Below are positions 28,102-38,231 of a stretch of DNA of 64,000 nucleotides, one piece after another. The notes beneath the pieces were generated by a model. That model searched no databases, was not told the DNA's origin, and saw only the letters and a program-made list of their open reading frames with translations. A program made the translations under genes and the position numbers. How positions within the stretch are numbered: the stretch's first letter is position 1; each line of letters starts with the position of its first letter. Source of the DNA: Acidimicrobiales bacterium (lineage in GTDB: Bacteria; Actinomycetota; Acidimicrobiia; Acidimicrobiales; Aldehydirespiratoraceae); the NCBI GenBank assembly GCA_022425325.1, contig JAKMFW010000015.1, forward strand, positions 15,937 through 79,936, in the 5' to 3' direction.

Positions 28102-30192
28102 TCAGACGTCGAGGGTCGAGGTATCGACCAGCGCTGAATTCTTCACGAGGAAATCGCGCCGCACACCGACATCGTTGCCCATCAGGACATCGAACATGTT
28201 CGCCGCCTCTTTGGCCTGCTTGGCGTCGTCCATCGTGAGGCGCTTCAGGGTGCGGGTGGCGGGATCGAGTGCACAGTGGCGGAGTTCGTCGACGTTCATC
28301 TCGCCGAGACCCTTGAAACGCTGCCACTTGATGTTCTCGCGCTTGCGGTTGCCTTTGCAGAGCTCGTCGGTGACGGCCTCTCGCTCTTCGTCGGTGTACA
28401 CCCGGTAGATCTGATCGCCGACCTTGGTGGTGTAGAGCGGTGGCTGGGCGGCGTACACGTTGCCCGCTTCGAGCATCGGCTTCATGTACTCGTGGATCAA
28501 GGTGAGCAGCAGACAACGGATGTGGCTGCCGTCGACATCGGCATCACACAGGATCACGATGCGGCCATAACGGCTGTCGTCGAGGTTGAAGTCGCGGCCG
28601 GCACCGGCGCCGACGGACGTGAACAGGGCTTGGGCCTCGGCATTGTCGAGGACCTGCTTCTGGCTGGCCTTGGCCGCATTGACCACCTTGCCCCGCAGCG
28701 GCAGGATCGCCATGGTCTCGGAGTCGCGCCCTCGCTTGGCCGGACCGGCGGCGGAGTCGCCCTCGACCAGGATGATCTCGGAGTCGGGGCCGTGCGTGCG
28801 ACAGTCGGCCAGCTTCTCGGGCATGCCGGTCGAGCCGAGCTTCGCGGCCTTGCGCTTGTTCTCGAGGACCTGCTTGGACGCCACCCGGTTCTGAATCGCA
28901 TTGGCGAGCTTGTCGGCGATCGCCTTGACATGGCTGCGCGGACCCCCGCCCGGCTCGAACCACTCCTTGAGCTGCTCATAGGCGATGCGACGCACGATCG
29001 ACTCGATCGCCGGCGTACCGAGCTCCTGCTTGGTCTGACCGCGGAACTGCGGCTCGGGGAAGGTGACCTTGATGGCGGCGACGAGACCTTCCTGGACATC
29101 GTCCTTGACCGCCTTGTGCTTGTCTTCCTTCTTGAGCTTCGCCAGCTTGCGGTTGTCCTTCAAGACGACATTGTTGACCGCCTGCGTGAGCGCCTTATCG
29201 AAGCCGGCCTGATGGGTGCCACCCTGACTGGTGGGGATCGTGTTGACGAAGGAGACGATCTCGGTGTCGTAGCCGGCCGTCCACCGCAGGGCGACATCGA
29301 CACGGCACTCGCGCTCGACGTCGGTCATCTTGCCGTCGACCGGGACCTTCTCGGTGAACGTGTCGATGCCGCTGCACATGATGATCTGATTGACCGGGGC
29401 ACCGGTCGACAGGTGCTCGACGAGATCGGCGAGCCCACCGCGGCTCACGAACGAGAACGGCTCGCTGAGCCGGGTGCTCTCACCCGCCCCTGACGCACTG
29501 CGCTTGTCGGTGACGGTGACCTTCATGCCGGGCACCAGGAAGCAGGCCTGGGTGGCGCGCCGACAGATCTCTTCGACGTCGATGACGGCGTCGGGATCGA
29601 AGATTTCGAAGTCGGGCCAGAACCGCACTCGCGTGCCGGTCTTGTTCTTGGAGATGCGCTTGGCCTTGACCAGCGCATGACCCTTCGAGAAGCGGCCGGT
29701 GCCGGTCGAACCGTTGGCGAACTGCCCGGCGACGCGCTCGTTGAACCCGAGAACATGGGTGGCGCCGTCGCGATCGACTTCCGCCACGAGCTTCTGCGCG
29801 AGTGCGTTCACGACCGAGGCGCCGACCCCGTGCAGACCACCCGACGACGAGTAGGCGCCACCGCCGAACTTGCCGCCGGCGTGAAGCTCGGTGAACACGA
29901 CCTCGAGCGCGGAGACCTTCTTGCGGGCGTGCAGGTCGATCGGAATGCCTCGCCCGTTGTCGGCGACCTCGATCGACCGGTCACGATGCAAGGTGATGTC
30001 GACCTTGTCGGCGAAGCCAGCCGATGCCTCGTCGACGGCATTGTCGATCAGCTCCCAGACAAGGTGCATGAGACCATCGGAGCCGGTGCCGCCGATGTAC
30101 ATGCCCGGACGCTTGCGAACGGCCTCCAACCCTTCGAGGGTCTGGATGGCGTCGGCGTCGTAGCCCGAGGTGCTGGTCTTCTTCGCAGGCAT
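28102..30192 (-). CDS. parE: Type IIA topoisomerase subunit B (probably topoisomerase IV ParE)
   Basis: LEGLEAVRKRPGMYIG, ELIDNAVDE, LHAGGKF, GLHGVG, VEGDSA, DADVDG, RFKGLGEM; no A subunit or dnaA region nearby. Confidence 0.8.
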   Translation of the reverse strand: MPAKKTSTSGYDADAIQTLEGLEAVRKRPGMYIGGTGSDGLMHLVWELIDNAVDEASAGFADKVDITLHRDRSIEVADNGRGIPIDLHARKKVSALEVVFTELHAGGKFGGGAYSSSGGLHGVGASVVNALAQKLVAEVDRDGATHVLGFNERVAGQFANGSTGTGRFSKGHALVKAKRISKNKTGTRVRFWPDFEIFDPDAVIDVEEICRRATQACFLVPGMKVTVTDKRSASGAGESTRLSEPFSFVSRGGLADLVEHLSTGAPVNQIIMCSGIDTFTEKVPVDGKMTDVERECRVDVALRWTAGYDTEIVSFVNTIPTSQGGTHQAGFDKALTQAVNNVVLKDNRKLAKLKKEDKHKAVKDDVQEGLVAAIKVTFPEPQFRGQTKQELGTPAIESIVRRIAYEQLKEWFEPGGGPRSHVKAIADKLANAIQNRVASKQVLENKRKAAKLGSTGMPEKLADCRTHGPDSEIILVEGDSAAGPAKRGRDSETMAILPLRGKVVNAAKASQKQVLDNAEAQALFTSVGAGAGRDFNLDDSRYGRIVILCDADVDGSHIRCLLLTLIHEYMKPMLEAGNVYAAQPPLYTTKVGDQIYRVYTDEEREAVTDELCKGNRKRENIKWQRFKGLGEMNVDELRHCALDPATRTLKRLTMDDAKQAKEAANMFDVLMGNDVGVRRDFLVKNSALVDTSTLDV

Positions 30193-30254
30193 CAGGCCGA
30201 ACGTAGCAACGCCATGTGACGAGGCGGTGGCACCGCCACGTGTCGACGCGTTGA

Positions 30255-30758
30255 TCAGCCCGGCGCGCCGACGACGACGGTCTTCGAACCGTCAACGCCG
30301 TTCATCGCGCACAGACCGTTCCAGGCCTGCAGGATCGACTGCGCGTCGGTCACGCCCGTGACCTGGCCGTCGTCGTCGACGTTGACGTTGGCGCCGTGGA
30401 TGGCGAACCACACGTCGGTCTCGCCGTCGTTGTCTTCGGGCACGACCAGCGTGTGGACCGAATGGGCCGGTTCGTACAGGTACGAACCAGGCCGGTTGAG
30501 ATACTCCGGGTACTCCTCATACCCCCACGAGCCCGCGAGCGTCAGGGCGTAGACGGGACCCGTGTGGTAGTGCCGCTGCACCCGGTACCCCGCCGGGAAG
30601 CGGTTCCGGAGAATCCAGAGGCCCTGGTTGAGGTCGACGTGGAGCAGCTTGATGCCGAGGTCGCCGGCGTAGACCCAGGGGGTGTCGTCCTCACCGAGGT
30701 GCAGGGCTTCGGTGAGTCCGTGCATCGGGACCATGGGCTGGGGTGCGGTGTCGGTCAT
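30255..30758 (-). CDS. Cupin, 2,4'-dihydroxyacetophenone dioxygenase-like
   Basis: RHYHTGPV, GSWGYEEY, YEPAHSVHTL. Confidence 0.8.
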   Translation of the reverse strand: MTDTAPQPMVPMHGLTEALHLGEDDTPWVYAGDLGIKLLHVDLNQGLWILRNRFPAGYRVQRHYHTGPVYALTLAGSWGYEEYPEYLNRPGSYLYEPAHSVHTLVVPEDNDGETDVWFAIHGANVNVDDDGQVTGVTDAQSILQAWNGLCAMNGVDGSKTVVVGAPG

Positions 30759-30767
30759 CCGTGCACC

Positions 30768-31997
30768 CTAGGAGGCCGAGGCCTGCGGCTTGGGTTCCTT
30801 GGGCAGACCCAACACCATCTCGCCGAGGATGTTGCGCTGGACCTGGCTGGTGCCAGCGTAGATCGTGCCGGCACGGGCGTTGTAGAACGCGCCGAGCCAT
30901 GAACCCGGGTCGTTCGGTGATCCCGGCGCGTCGGAGTGGAAGGCCTTCTTGGCGCTCGGTTCCGCGATCATCGCGTCGGGGCCGATCACATCGAGGGCCA
31001 ATTCGGTCAGCCGCTTGTGGTACTCGGACCAGTAGAGCTTGAACGCCGACTCGGCCGGACCGGGCTGGGCCCCACCGAGGAAGCGGGTCAGGGTACCCAT
31101 GCCGAGATAGCGCATGATCTCGACCTCGATGTAGGTCGAGGCGAGGCGGTCGCGCAGGACCGGGTCGGTGTTGGCGCCGGTCTCCTGGGCCTTCGCCGCC
31201 AACTTCTCCCACTCGGCCTTGAACATGATCGGTTGGGTGGCGGCGGCTTCGCCGCGCTCGTAGCCGAGCAGCGTCATGGCGACGGCCCAGCCGGCGTTGA
31301 CCCCACCGATGACGTTGTCTTTGTGGGTACGGGCGTCGGTGAAGAACGTCTCGTTGAACTCGTCGTCGCCGGAGATCATCGTGATCGGACGAACCTCCAC
31401 GCCGGGCTGCTCCATCGGGCACAGGAGGAACGAGATGCCGCGATGCTTCGGAGCGTCGGGATCGGTGCGGCACAACACGAAGATCCAGTTGGCGTACTGC
31501 CCGGCAGAGGTCCAGATCTTCTGACCGTTGATGACCCACTCGTCACCGTCGAGGACGGCCTTGCAACCAAGCCCGCCGAGGTCGGAACCCGCGTCGGGCT
31601 CCGAGTAGCCCTGACACCAGACATCCTCGCCGCTGATGATGCGCGGCAGGAAGTGCGCTTTCTGCTCCTCGGTACCCCAGTGCAGGATCGTGTTGCCGAC
31701 CATCTGGATCGAGAACGCGTCGTTGCCGGCGCCGGTCGGGGCACCGGCCTTCTCGAACTCCTCGGCGAGGATCACCTGCTCGATTTCCGACATGCCACCG
31801 CCGCCGTATTCGGTCGGCCACGACGGGGCGAGCAGGCCGTTGGCGGCAAGCTTCTGGCGCCAATCGGCGGTCCACTCGAAGGCATCCTCCACGGACATCG
31901 CGCCGTAGCCGGCCCAGCCAGGTGGGAGGTTGGCGTCGAGGAAGTCCTTAATGCGGGTGCGGAAGGCCTCGGCTTCTTCGGTGTACGTCGGATCCAT
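30768..31997 (-). CDS. Acyl-CoA dehydrogenase
   Basis: WCQGYSEPDAGSDL, INGQKIWTS, FNETFF, IYAGTSQVQRNI; start ATG 31997. Confidence 0.93.
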   Translation of the reverse strand: MDPTYTEEAEAFRTRIKDFLDANLPPGWAGYGAMSVEDAFEWTADWRQKLAANGLLAPSWPTEYGGGGMSEIEQVILAEEFEKAGAPTGAGNDAFSIQMVGNTILHWGTEEQKAHFLPRIISGEDVWCQGYSEPDAGSDLGGLGCKAVLDGDEWVINGQKIWTSAGQYANWIFVLCRTDPDAPKHRGISFLLCPMEQPGVEVRPITMISGDDEFNETFFTDARTHKDNVIGGVNAGWAVAMTLLGYERGEAAATQPIMFKAEWEKLAAKAQETGANTDPVLRDRLASTYIEVEIMRYLGMGTLTRFLGGAQPGPAESAFKLYWSEYHKRLTELALDVIGPDAMIAEPSAKKAFHSDAPGSPNDPGSWLGAFYNARAGTIYAGTSQVQRNILGEMVLGLPKEPKPQASAS

Positions 31998-32033
31998 GAG
32001 GTCCGAAGGTACCGGGCCGTAGGCTCTTGCACC

Positions 32034-32867
32034 ATGTCCGCGCGAGACCGATACGTCGACCTGCTCATGGGGTGCCTCACCCGGGAGTTGTTCCTCGACG
32101 AAGAGACCCACGACATCGACCTGTCGACATGGCCCGGACCCGGCACACCCGACGAGGTGAAAGCGGCCCTGCGGACCCATGGTTGGCGCGTCACCCGCAC
32201 GGGTGGCGATCCGTCGACCCGCGACGATGCTGCGCTTCGTGGAGAGGGGCGCGACTGGCCGCCAACAGCGGAGACGATGGTCGGTCGCCGGCGGCTCGAG
32301 AACGTCCGATCGGCGGTCGAGACCGTGCTCGGTGAAGGCATACCGGGCGATCTGATCGAGACCGGCGTCTGGCGAGGTGGCGTGACCATTCTCATGCGCG
32401 GCATGCTCGAGGCCTGGGAGGACACCGAACGGCGCGTCTGGGTTGCCGACTCGTTCGAGGGACTTCCGGCGCCGAACGTCGAGACGTACCCCGACGATGC
32501 CGGACACGACATGTCCGGTGTCTCGACCCTCATGGTCGGAGCCGACCAGGTGCGGGCGAACTTCGACCGGTACGGCCTGCTCGACGATCAGGTGCGCTTC
32601 CTGGAGGGATGGTTCGCCGACACCCTGCCGATGGCGCCGATCGAGCAGCTCGCCGTCCTGCGTCTCGACGGAGACCTCTACGAGTCGACGATGGACGCAC
32701 TCGTGCCGCTCTACGAGAAGGTCTCCCCCGGTGGCTTCGTCATCGTTGACGACTACGGCGCCTGGGAACCCTGCCGAAAGGCCGTCGACGACTTCCGAGC
32801 GCAGCACGGGATCACCGACGAGATCGTCGAGGTCGACTGGACCGGGGTCTACTGGCGCAGGTCCTGA
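32034..32867 (+). CDS. TylF/MycF family O-methyltransferase
   Basis: ETMVG, GDLIETGVWRGG, ADSFEG, LRLDGDLYEST, VDDYG. Confidence 0.92.
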   Translation: MSARDRYVDLLMGCLTRELFLDEETHDIDLSTWPGPGTPDEVKAALRTHGWRVTRTGGDPSTRDDAALRGEGRDWPPTAETMVGRRRLENVRSAVETVLGEGIPGDLIETGVWRGGVTILMRGMLEAWEDTERRVWVADSFEGLPAPNVETYPDDAGHDMSGVSTLMVGADQVRANFDRYGLLDDQVRFLEGWFADTLPMAPIEQLAVLRLDGDLYESTMDALVPLYEKVSPGGFVIVDDYGAWEPCRKAVDDFRAQHGITDEIVEVDWTGVYWRRS

Positions 32868-32975
32868 GGCCGGCAGGCGTCGACACCGGCTCCGGGGCGA
32901 CCCCCCGACGACGAACCGCCATGCGGTGCCGTGTCCAGAAGACATCTACGATCGGCCTGCCAAGGGGGAGGCCGC

Positions 32976-33755
32976 ATGACCGACAAGATCACGCTCGACG
33001 TCAAGGGTTCGATCGCGACGATCACGAACCGCAACGTCGACAAACACAATGCGTTCGACGACGAAATGGACGCCCAGCTGTTCGCGATCTTCGACGAACT
33101 GGCGGCGACCCCGACGGTCCGAGCGATTGTGTGGCGAGGCGAGGGGAAGAGCTGGTCGTCTGGCCGCGACGTGTCGGCGATCGGCACCAACGTGACCGAG
33201 ATGACCCATCACGAGCTGATGAGCCGAGGCCATGCGGGCATCCAGAAGATCTGGTCGATCGAGGCCCCCATCATCGTGGCGATCCAGGGGTGGGCGATCG
33301 GCGGCTCGTTCCAACGAGCACTGCTGTGCGACGTCCGCATCGCGGCGGAGGACGCTCGCTTCATGCTCCCCGAGCTCGGTCACGGCGTCATCCCCGACAC
33401 CGGCGGCATGGGGGTGCTGTACGAGATGTGCGGCCACGGCCTCGTGAGCGACATGGTGCTGACCGGCCGCCGTCTCTCGGCTGACGAGGCCCTGTCACAC
33501 GGCATCGTGAGCCGGGTCGTGCCGAACGATGAGCTCGACGCAACGGCGCACGAGATGGCCGAGAAGATCGCCGCGTCACCCGCCGTGACGGTGAAGCTGG
33601 CCCGCAAGGTCATCGCCCATCTGAGCCGCCCACAGATCCGCACCTCGATGGAAGACGAGCTGATCTACCAGACGTTCCTGAACAAGTCAGAGGACTTCGC
33701 CGAGTTCCGCGCCGCCCGAGCCGAGGAACGCGAACCGAACTACCGGGGGTCGTGA
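32976..33755 (+). CDS. Enoyl-CoA hydratase/isomerase
   Basis: SSGRD, AIQGWAIGG, LPELGHGVIPDTGG, ADEAL. Confidence 0.9.
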   Translation: MTDKITLDVKGSIATITNRNVDKHNAFDDEMDAQLFAIFDELAATPTVRAIVWRGEGKSWSSGRDVSAIGTNVTEMTHHELMSRGHAGIQKIWSIEAPIIVAIQGWAIGGSFQRALLCDVRIAAEDARFMLPELGHGVIPDTGGMGVLYEMCGHGLVSDMVLTGRRLSADEALSHGIVSRVVPNDELDATAHEMAEKIAASPAVTVKLARKVIAHLSRPQIRTSMEDELIYQTFLNKSEDFAEFRAARAEEREPNYRGS

Positions 33756-34636
33756 TGCCTGAGTTCCCCGGCCTCCCGGCCCCACCACCGGTCGGGACCA
33801 GCGCCCTGCCGGCCGGCACCTTCGAGGGCACGAGCGTGTTCGTCACCGGCGGCGGAACCGGCCTCGGGAAAGCGATCGCCTCGGAATTCGCCCGCCTCGG
33901 GGCCGACATCGTCATCGCCTCGCGGAAGCCCGAACACCTCGAGGCCGGCGAACAGGCCATCACCGACCTCGGCGCCCGGGTCACGACGGTCGAATGCGAC
34001 ATCCGCGACCCTGAATCGATCACGACGGCATTCGACGCCGCCGAGGCCGCATTCGGGATGCCGAGTGTTCTGGTCAACAACGCCGCCGCCAACTTCCCGG
34101 TCCCGGCCGAGGACATGTCGCCCAACGCGTGGCGCACCGTCGTCGACATCACCCTCAACGGCACCTTCTTCGTCGCCCGAGAATTCGGGCGGCGACACCT
34201 CGCCGCCGAGACGCCCGCCTCGATCATCAATGTCGGGGCGTCGTACGCCTGGACCGGTGGTCCCGGTTTCGCCCACAGCGCCGCCGCAAAGGCCGGCGTC
34301 AAGAACATGGTCGAGACCCTCGCCGTCGAGTGGGGCCCGTATGGCATCCAGGTCAACGGACTCGTCCCCGGCCTGATGCCCCACGAGGACATGACCGACG
34401 ACATCCAGGGCAACCTCGTCCGCACCCACGACAAGGATGCGACCCAACCCGCATTGCGGGTCGGCCAGCGCCAGGAACTCGGCTGGGCGGCGACATTCCT
34501 CGCTTCCCCCTTCGCCCGCTTCATCTCCGGCCACACACTCGTGGTCGACGGCGCCAACTGGCAGCGCCGGAGCCTCACCAATCCCGAGGTCGTCACCGTG
34601 CGCGACCAGATGGGCCGGGGTCCGTTCGAGCCGTGA
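33752..34636 (+). CDS. SDR, 2,4-dienoyl-CoA reductase-like
   Basis: TGGGTGLG, NNAAANF, HSAAAKAG, LAVEWG; start GTG 33752 or ATG 33755. Confidence 0.88.
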   Translation: MMPEFPGLPAPPPVGTSALPAGTFEGTSVFVTGGGTGLGKAIASEFARLGADIVIASRKPEHLEAGEQAITDLGARVTTVECDIRDPESITTAFDAAEAAFGMPSVLVNNAAANFPVPAEDMSPNAWRTVVDITLNGTFFVAREFGRRHLAAETPASIINVGASYAWTGGPGFAHSAAAKAGVKNMVETLAVEWGPYGIQVNGLVPGLMPHEDMTDDIQGNLVRTHDKDATQPALRVGQRQELGWAATFLASPFARFISGHTLVVDGANWQRRSLTNPEVVTVRDQMGRGPFEP

Positions 34637-34745
34637 GTACCTCCCCGGTCAGACGATCGGGGCCGATGGCGGTGGCGTGCTGCGGGCCTGACCCGTCGAT
34701 CGCCCGATCCGGCGGAAGGTTCGGCCAGGCCGTACGCTCTCGCCC

Positions 34746-35927
34746 ATGACCGATCGCTACACCCTCGTCTCGGCCGATTGCCACGCCGGCGCCGACCTCC
34801 ACACGTACCGCGGCTATCTCGAGTCCTCGTACCACGACGACTTCGACGCCTGGGCCGCCGACTTCTCGAACCCGTGGGAGGACCTCACCGACGAGTCGAA
34901 GATCCGCAACTGGGACAACGAGGTGCGTCAGCGCCAACTTGAGGCCGACGGCCTCGCCGGCGAAATCGTGTTCCCGAACACCATCCCGCCGTTCTTCCCC
35001 TCGGGCCTTCTGGTGTCCGGACCTCCCCGCACCGCTGAGGAACTCGATCAGCGATGGGCCGGGCTGCGGGCCCACAACCGGTGGCTCGCCGAGTGGTGCG
35101 AGGACCTCCCGGGTCGCCGCGCCGGCCTCGCCCAGGTTTTCCCGAACGATGTCGAGGCATCAGTCATGGAGATCCACTGGGCCGCCGAGCACGGCCTGAA
35201 GGGCATTCTCTTCCCGGCGATCCCGCCCGACGCCGACGTCCCGAAGCTGTGGAGCGACGAGTACGACCCCATCTGGCGGGCGTGCGAGGAGACCGGCCTG
35301 TCGGTCAACCAGCACGGCGGTGCCGGTGTGCCCGACTACAGCACCGCCAAGATCAAGAACTTCCTGATGATCATGGAGGTGCCGTTCTTCGCGAACCGCA
35401 GCCTCTGGCACGTGATCCTCTCGGGCGTTTTCGAACGGTTCCCGAACCTGCAGTTCGTGATGACCGAGCAACGCACCGGCTGGGTGCCCGAGACGCTCAA
35501 GAAGATGGACGGCGTCTGGTGGGCCTTCAACAACGGCGGCGTCGGTGAGCTGCGCATGGACGGCAACTCGCTCGAACGTTCACCGTCGAGCTACTTCGAC
35601 ACGAACTGCACCATGGGTGCAAGCTTTCCGTCGAGAGACGAGGCCGAGGCCATCAGGGAGCTCGGCGTGGGCAACGTGATGTGGGGCTCGGACTATCCGC
35701 ATCGCGAGGGGACCTACCCCGACTCGGTGGCGTCGTTGCGTCATGTCTTCCACGACTGGGAGCCGGCTGACCTCCACGAGCTCTTCGGCGGCACCGCGGC
35801 CAAGCTCTACGGCCTCGACATCGAGCCGATGGCTGCGTTGGAGCTCGGCCCGACGGTCGACGAGATCGCCACGCCCCTCGACGAGATTCCCGACAACCCG
35901 TCGATGGCGTTCGGTCGCCGTCTCTGA
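34746..35927 (+). CDS. Amidohydrolase family protein
   Basis: SADCH, HNRWLAE, YDPIW, GVFERFP, MWGSDYPH. Confidence 0.88.
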   Translation: MTDRYTLVSADCHAGADLHTYRGYLESSYHDDFDAWAADFSNPWEDLTDESKIRNWDNEVRQRQLEADGLAGEIVFPNTIPPFFPSGLLVSGPPRTAEELDQRWAGLRAHNRWLAEWCEDLPGRRAGLAQVFPNDVEASVMEIHWAAEHGLKGILFPAIPPDADVPKLWSDEYDPIWRACEETGLSVNQHGGAGVPDYSTAKIKNFLMIMEVPFFANRSLWHVILSGVFERFPNLQFVMTEQRTGWVPETLKKMDGVWWAFNNGGVGELRMDGNSLERSPSSYFDTNCTMGASFPSRDEAEAIRELGVGNVMWGSDYPHREGTYPDSVASLRHVFHDWEPADLHELFGGTAAKLYGLDIEPMAALELGPTVDEIATPLDEIPDNPSMAFGRRL

Positions 35928-35946
35928 GGCCGTAGCCTCGGCCGCG

Positions 35947-36612
35947 ATGCGCGAGCCGATCTCCACCTACTACGGGCTGCTCCGTCGGATCCACGAGCTG
36001 CGGCGGCCCTCGCTGTACGTCGAGATCGGGGTGCACGAGGGCCACTCGTTGGCGTTCGTTCAACCCGGCACCCGCATCGTCGGGGTCGATCCCGAGCCAA
36101 AGGTGGCCGAACCTCCGCCCAATACGACAATCGTCGCCCAGACCAGTGACGATTTCTTCGCCGATCCCGAGGCTCTGGGCGGGGCAGCGATCGACCTTGC
36201 TTTCGCCGACGGCCTGCACTGGTGGGAGCAGACCCTGCGCGACGTCGCAAATCTGGAACGCCACAGCTCCCCTGACGGCGTGATTCTCATCCACGACTGC
36301 AATCCGATCGACGAGGTCACGGCGGCGCGCGAGCGCACAACAGCGGTCTGGTCGGGCGATGTCTGGAAGACCGTCGTCGCCCTTCGTCGTTTCCGACCCG
36401 ACCTGCAGGTTGTCGTCGCCGATGTCGAGCCGACCGGGCTGGCGATCGTCACCGGGCTCGATCCGACCAACACCGTCGTGTTCGACCGGTACGACGAGAT
36501 CGTCGCCGAGATCGACCGACTCGGCTGGGCGGACATCGCCGCCGCCGACCGCAGCGAGTTCCTGGGCTTGGTAGCCGGCGACTGGGCCGACCTCCGACCG
36601 CTGGTCGCCTGA
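35947..36612 (+). CDS. Class I SAM-dependent methyltransferase (Methyltransf_24-like)
   Basis: YVEIGV, GVDP, AFADGLH, IHDCNP, WSGDVWK. Confidence 0.85.
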   Translation: MREPISTYYGLLRRIHELRRPSLYVEIGVHEGHSLAFVQPGTRIVGVDPEPKVAEPPPNTTIVAQTSDDFFADPEALGGAAIDLAFADGLHWWEQTLRDVANLERHSSPDGVILIHDCNPIDEVTAARERTTAVWSGDVWKTVVALRRFRPDLQVVVADVEPTGLAIVTGLDPTNTVVFDRYDEIVAEIDRLGWADIAAADRSEFLGLVAGDWADLRPLVA

Positions 36613-36691
36613 GCGTCACTCCCCCCTCACCGGCGACGATTCTTCGTCTAGCCTCCGACCGTTCCGGAGACGAACACCACAGGGGGATCCC

Positions 36692-37789
36692 ATGCCGCAG
36701 ACCGTGAAGGGCGTCATCGCCATGGAGCAGGACGCTCCGGTGACCATCGAGAACATCATCATCCCCGACCCAGGCCCGGGGGAAGCTGTTGTCGCCATCC
36801 AGGCATGCGGGGTCTGCCACACCGATCTGCACTACCGCGAGGGCGGTATCAACGACGAGTTCCCGTTCCTGCTCGGCCACGAGGCCAGTGGCGTCGTCGA
36901 AGCTGTCGGCGAGGGTGTGAGCGAGGTCGAGCCCGGCGACTTCGTGATCCTCAATTGGCGTGCTGTGTGCGGCACGTGCCGCAGCTGCCGCAAGGGCAAG
37001 CCACAGATCTGCTTCGACACCCACAACGCCACCCAGAAGATGACGCTCGAGGACGGCACCGAGCTGTCGCCGGCGCTCGGCATCGGTGCCTTCGCCGAGA
37101 AGACCCTGGTCGCTGCCGGCCAGTGCACCAAGGTCGATCCCGGGACGCGCCCGGCCGCCGCCGGCCTGCTCGGCTGTGGCGTGATGGCTGGGATCGGCGC
37201 CGCGATCAATACCGGCGGCGTCGGCCGCGGCGACAGCGTCGCCGTCTTCGGTTGTGGCGGCGTCGGCGACGCAGCCATTGCCGGTTCGAAGCTCGCAGGT
37301 GCGTCGATCATCATCGCCGTCGACATCGACGACCAGAAGCTCGAGTGGGCTACCGGTTTCGGTGCGACGCACACGATCAACTCCACCACCGAGGATCCGG
37401 TCGAGAAGATCCGCGAACTCACCGGTGGCCACGGTGTCGATGTCGCGATCGAGGCGATCGGGCTGCCCGAGGTCTATGCGCAGTGCTTCGAGGCCCGCGA
37501 CCTCGCCGGCACCGTCGTGCTCGTCGGTGTTCCTCGGCCCGACATGGAGCTGACGCTTCCGTTCCTCGACGTCTTCGGTCGAGGTGGTGCGCTCAAGTCG
37601 AGTTGGTACGGCGACTGTCTTCCGAGTCGCGACTTTCCGATGCTGATCGATCTCTACCAACAGGGCCGTCTCGATCTCGACGCCTTCGTCTCGGAGATCA
37701 TCGCCCTCGATGGTGTCGAGGAGGCCTTCCACAAGATGGAGCGGGGCGAGGTGCTCCGGTCGGTCGTCGAGATCGACGCGACACCGTGA
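36692..37789 (+). CDS. mscR: S-(hydroxymethyl)mycothiol dehydrogenase / MscR
   Basis: [55 protein letters not shown]. Confidence 0.93.
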   Translation: MPQTVKGVIAMEQDAPVTIENIIIPDPGPGEAVVAIQACGVCHTDLHYREGGINDEFPFLLGHEASGVVEAVGEGVSEVEPGDFVILNWRAVCGTCRSCRKGKPQICFDTHNATQKMTLEDGTELSPALGIGAFAEKTLVAAGQCTKVDPGTRPAAAGLLGCGVMAGIGAAINTGGVGRGDSVAVFGCGGVGDAAIAGSKLAGASIIIAVDIDDQKLEWATGFGATHTINSTTEDPVEKIRELTGGHGVDVAIEAIGLPEVYAQCFEARDLAGTVVLVGVPRPDMELTLPFLDVFGRGGALKSSWYGDCLPSRDFPMLIDLYQQGRLDLDAFVSEIIALDGVEEAFHKMERGEVLRSVVEIDATP

Positions 37790-37799
37790 CGGCGCTCCG

Positions 37800-38228
37800 G
37801 TGACCGCCGCCGACATCGAGGCGATCCGACAACTCAAGGCACGGTACTTCCGCACCCTCGACCAGAAGGACTGGTCCGGTTATCGACAGGTCTTTGCCGA
37901 CGATGTCGAGATCGACGTGACCGACGATGCTGCCGACGGCCGCTACACGGGAACCGAGATCTACCTTCCGATGATCGAGTCGTTGCTCGGCACGGCGACA
38001 ACGGTGCACCGCGGTGGGCAGGCCGAGATCACCGTCGACGACGACACCGCCAGCGGCATCTGGGCGATGGACGACCGGATCTGGTTCCCCGGCGGGGCCA
38101 CCCTCGTCGGATCCGGCTGGTACGAGGAGACCTACCGACGCACCACCGACGGCTGGTTGATCGCCACCATGCGATTGCGCCGGCATCGGGTCGAACTCGA
38201 CGGGGTCGTGATTTTCCCGCGGAACTGA
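37800..38228 (+). CDS. SnoaL/NTF2-like (BaiE/LinA-type) protein
   Basis: IEAIRQLKARYFRTLDQKDW, GIWAMDD, GWYEETY; GTG 37800. Confidence 0.82.
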   Translation: MTAADIEAIRQLKARYFRTLDQKDWSGYRQVFADDVEIDVTDDAADGRYTGTEIYLPMIESLLGTATTVHRGGQAEITVDDDTASGIWAMDDRIWFPGGATLVGSGWYEETYRRTTDGWLIATMRLRRHRVELDGVVIFPRN

Positions 38229-38231
38229 GCG

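Noticed and set aside
30768..32945. 725-aa acyl-CoA dehydrogenase and 643-aa methyltransferase as large fusion proteins
   Set aside because: The N-terminal extensions are antisense read-through of the divergent neighbour; real starts are 31997 and 32034, each with a -10 box
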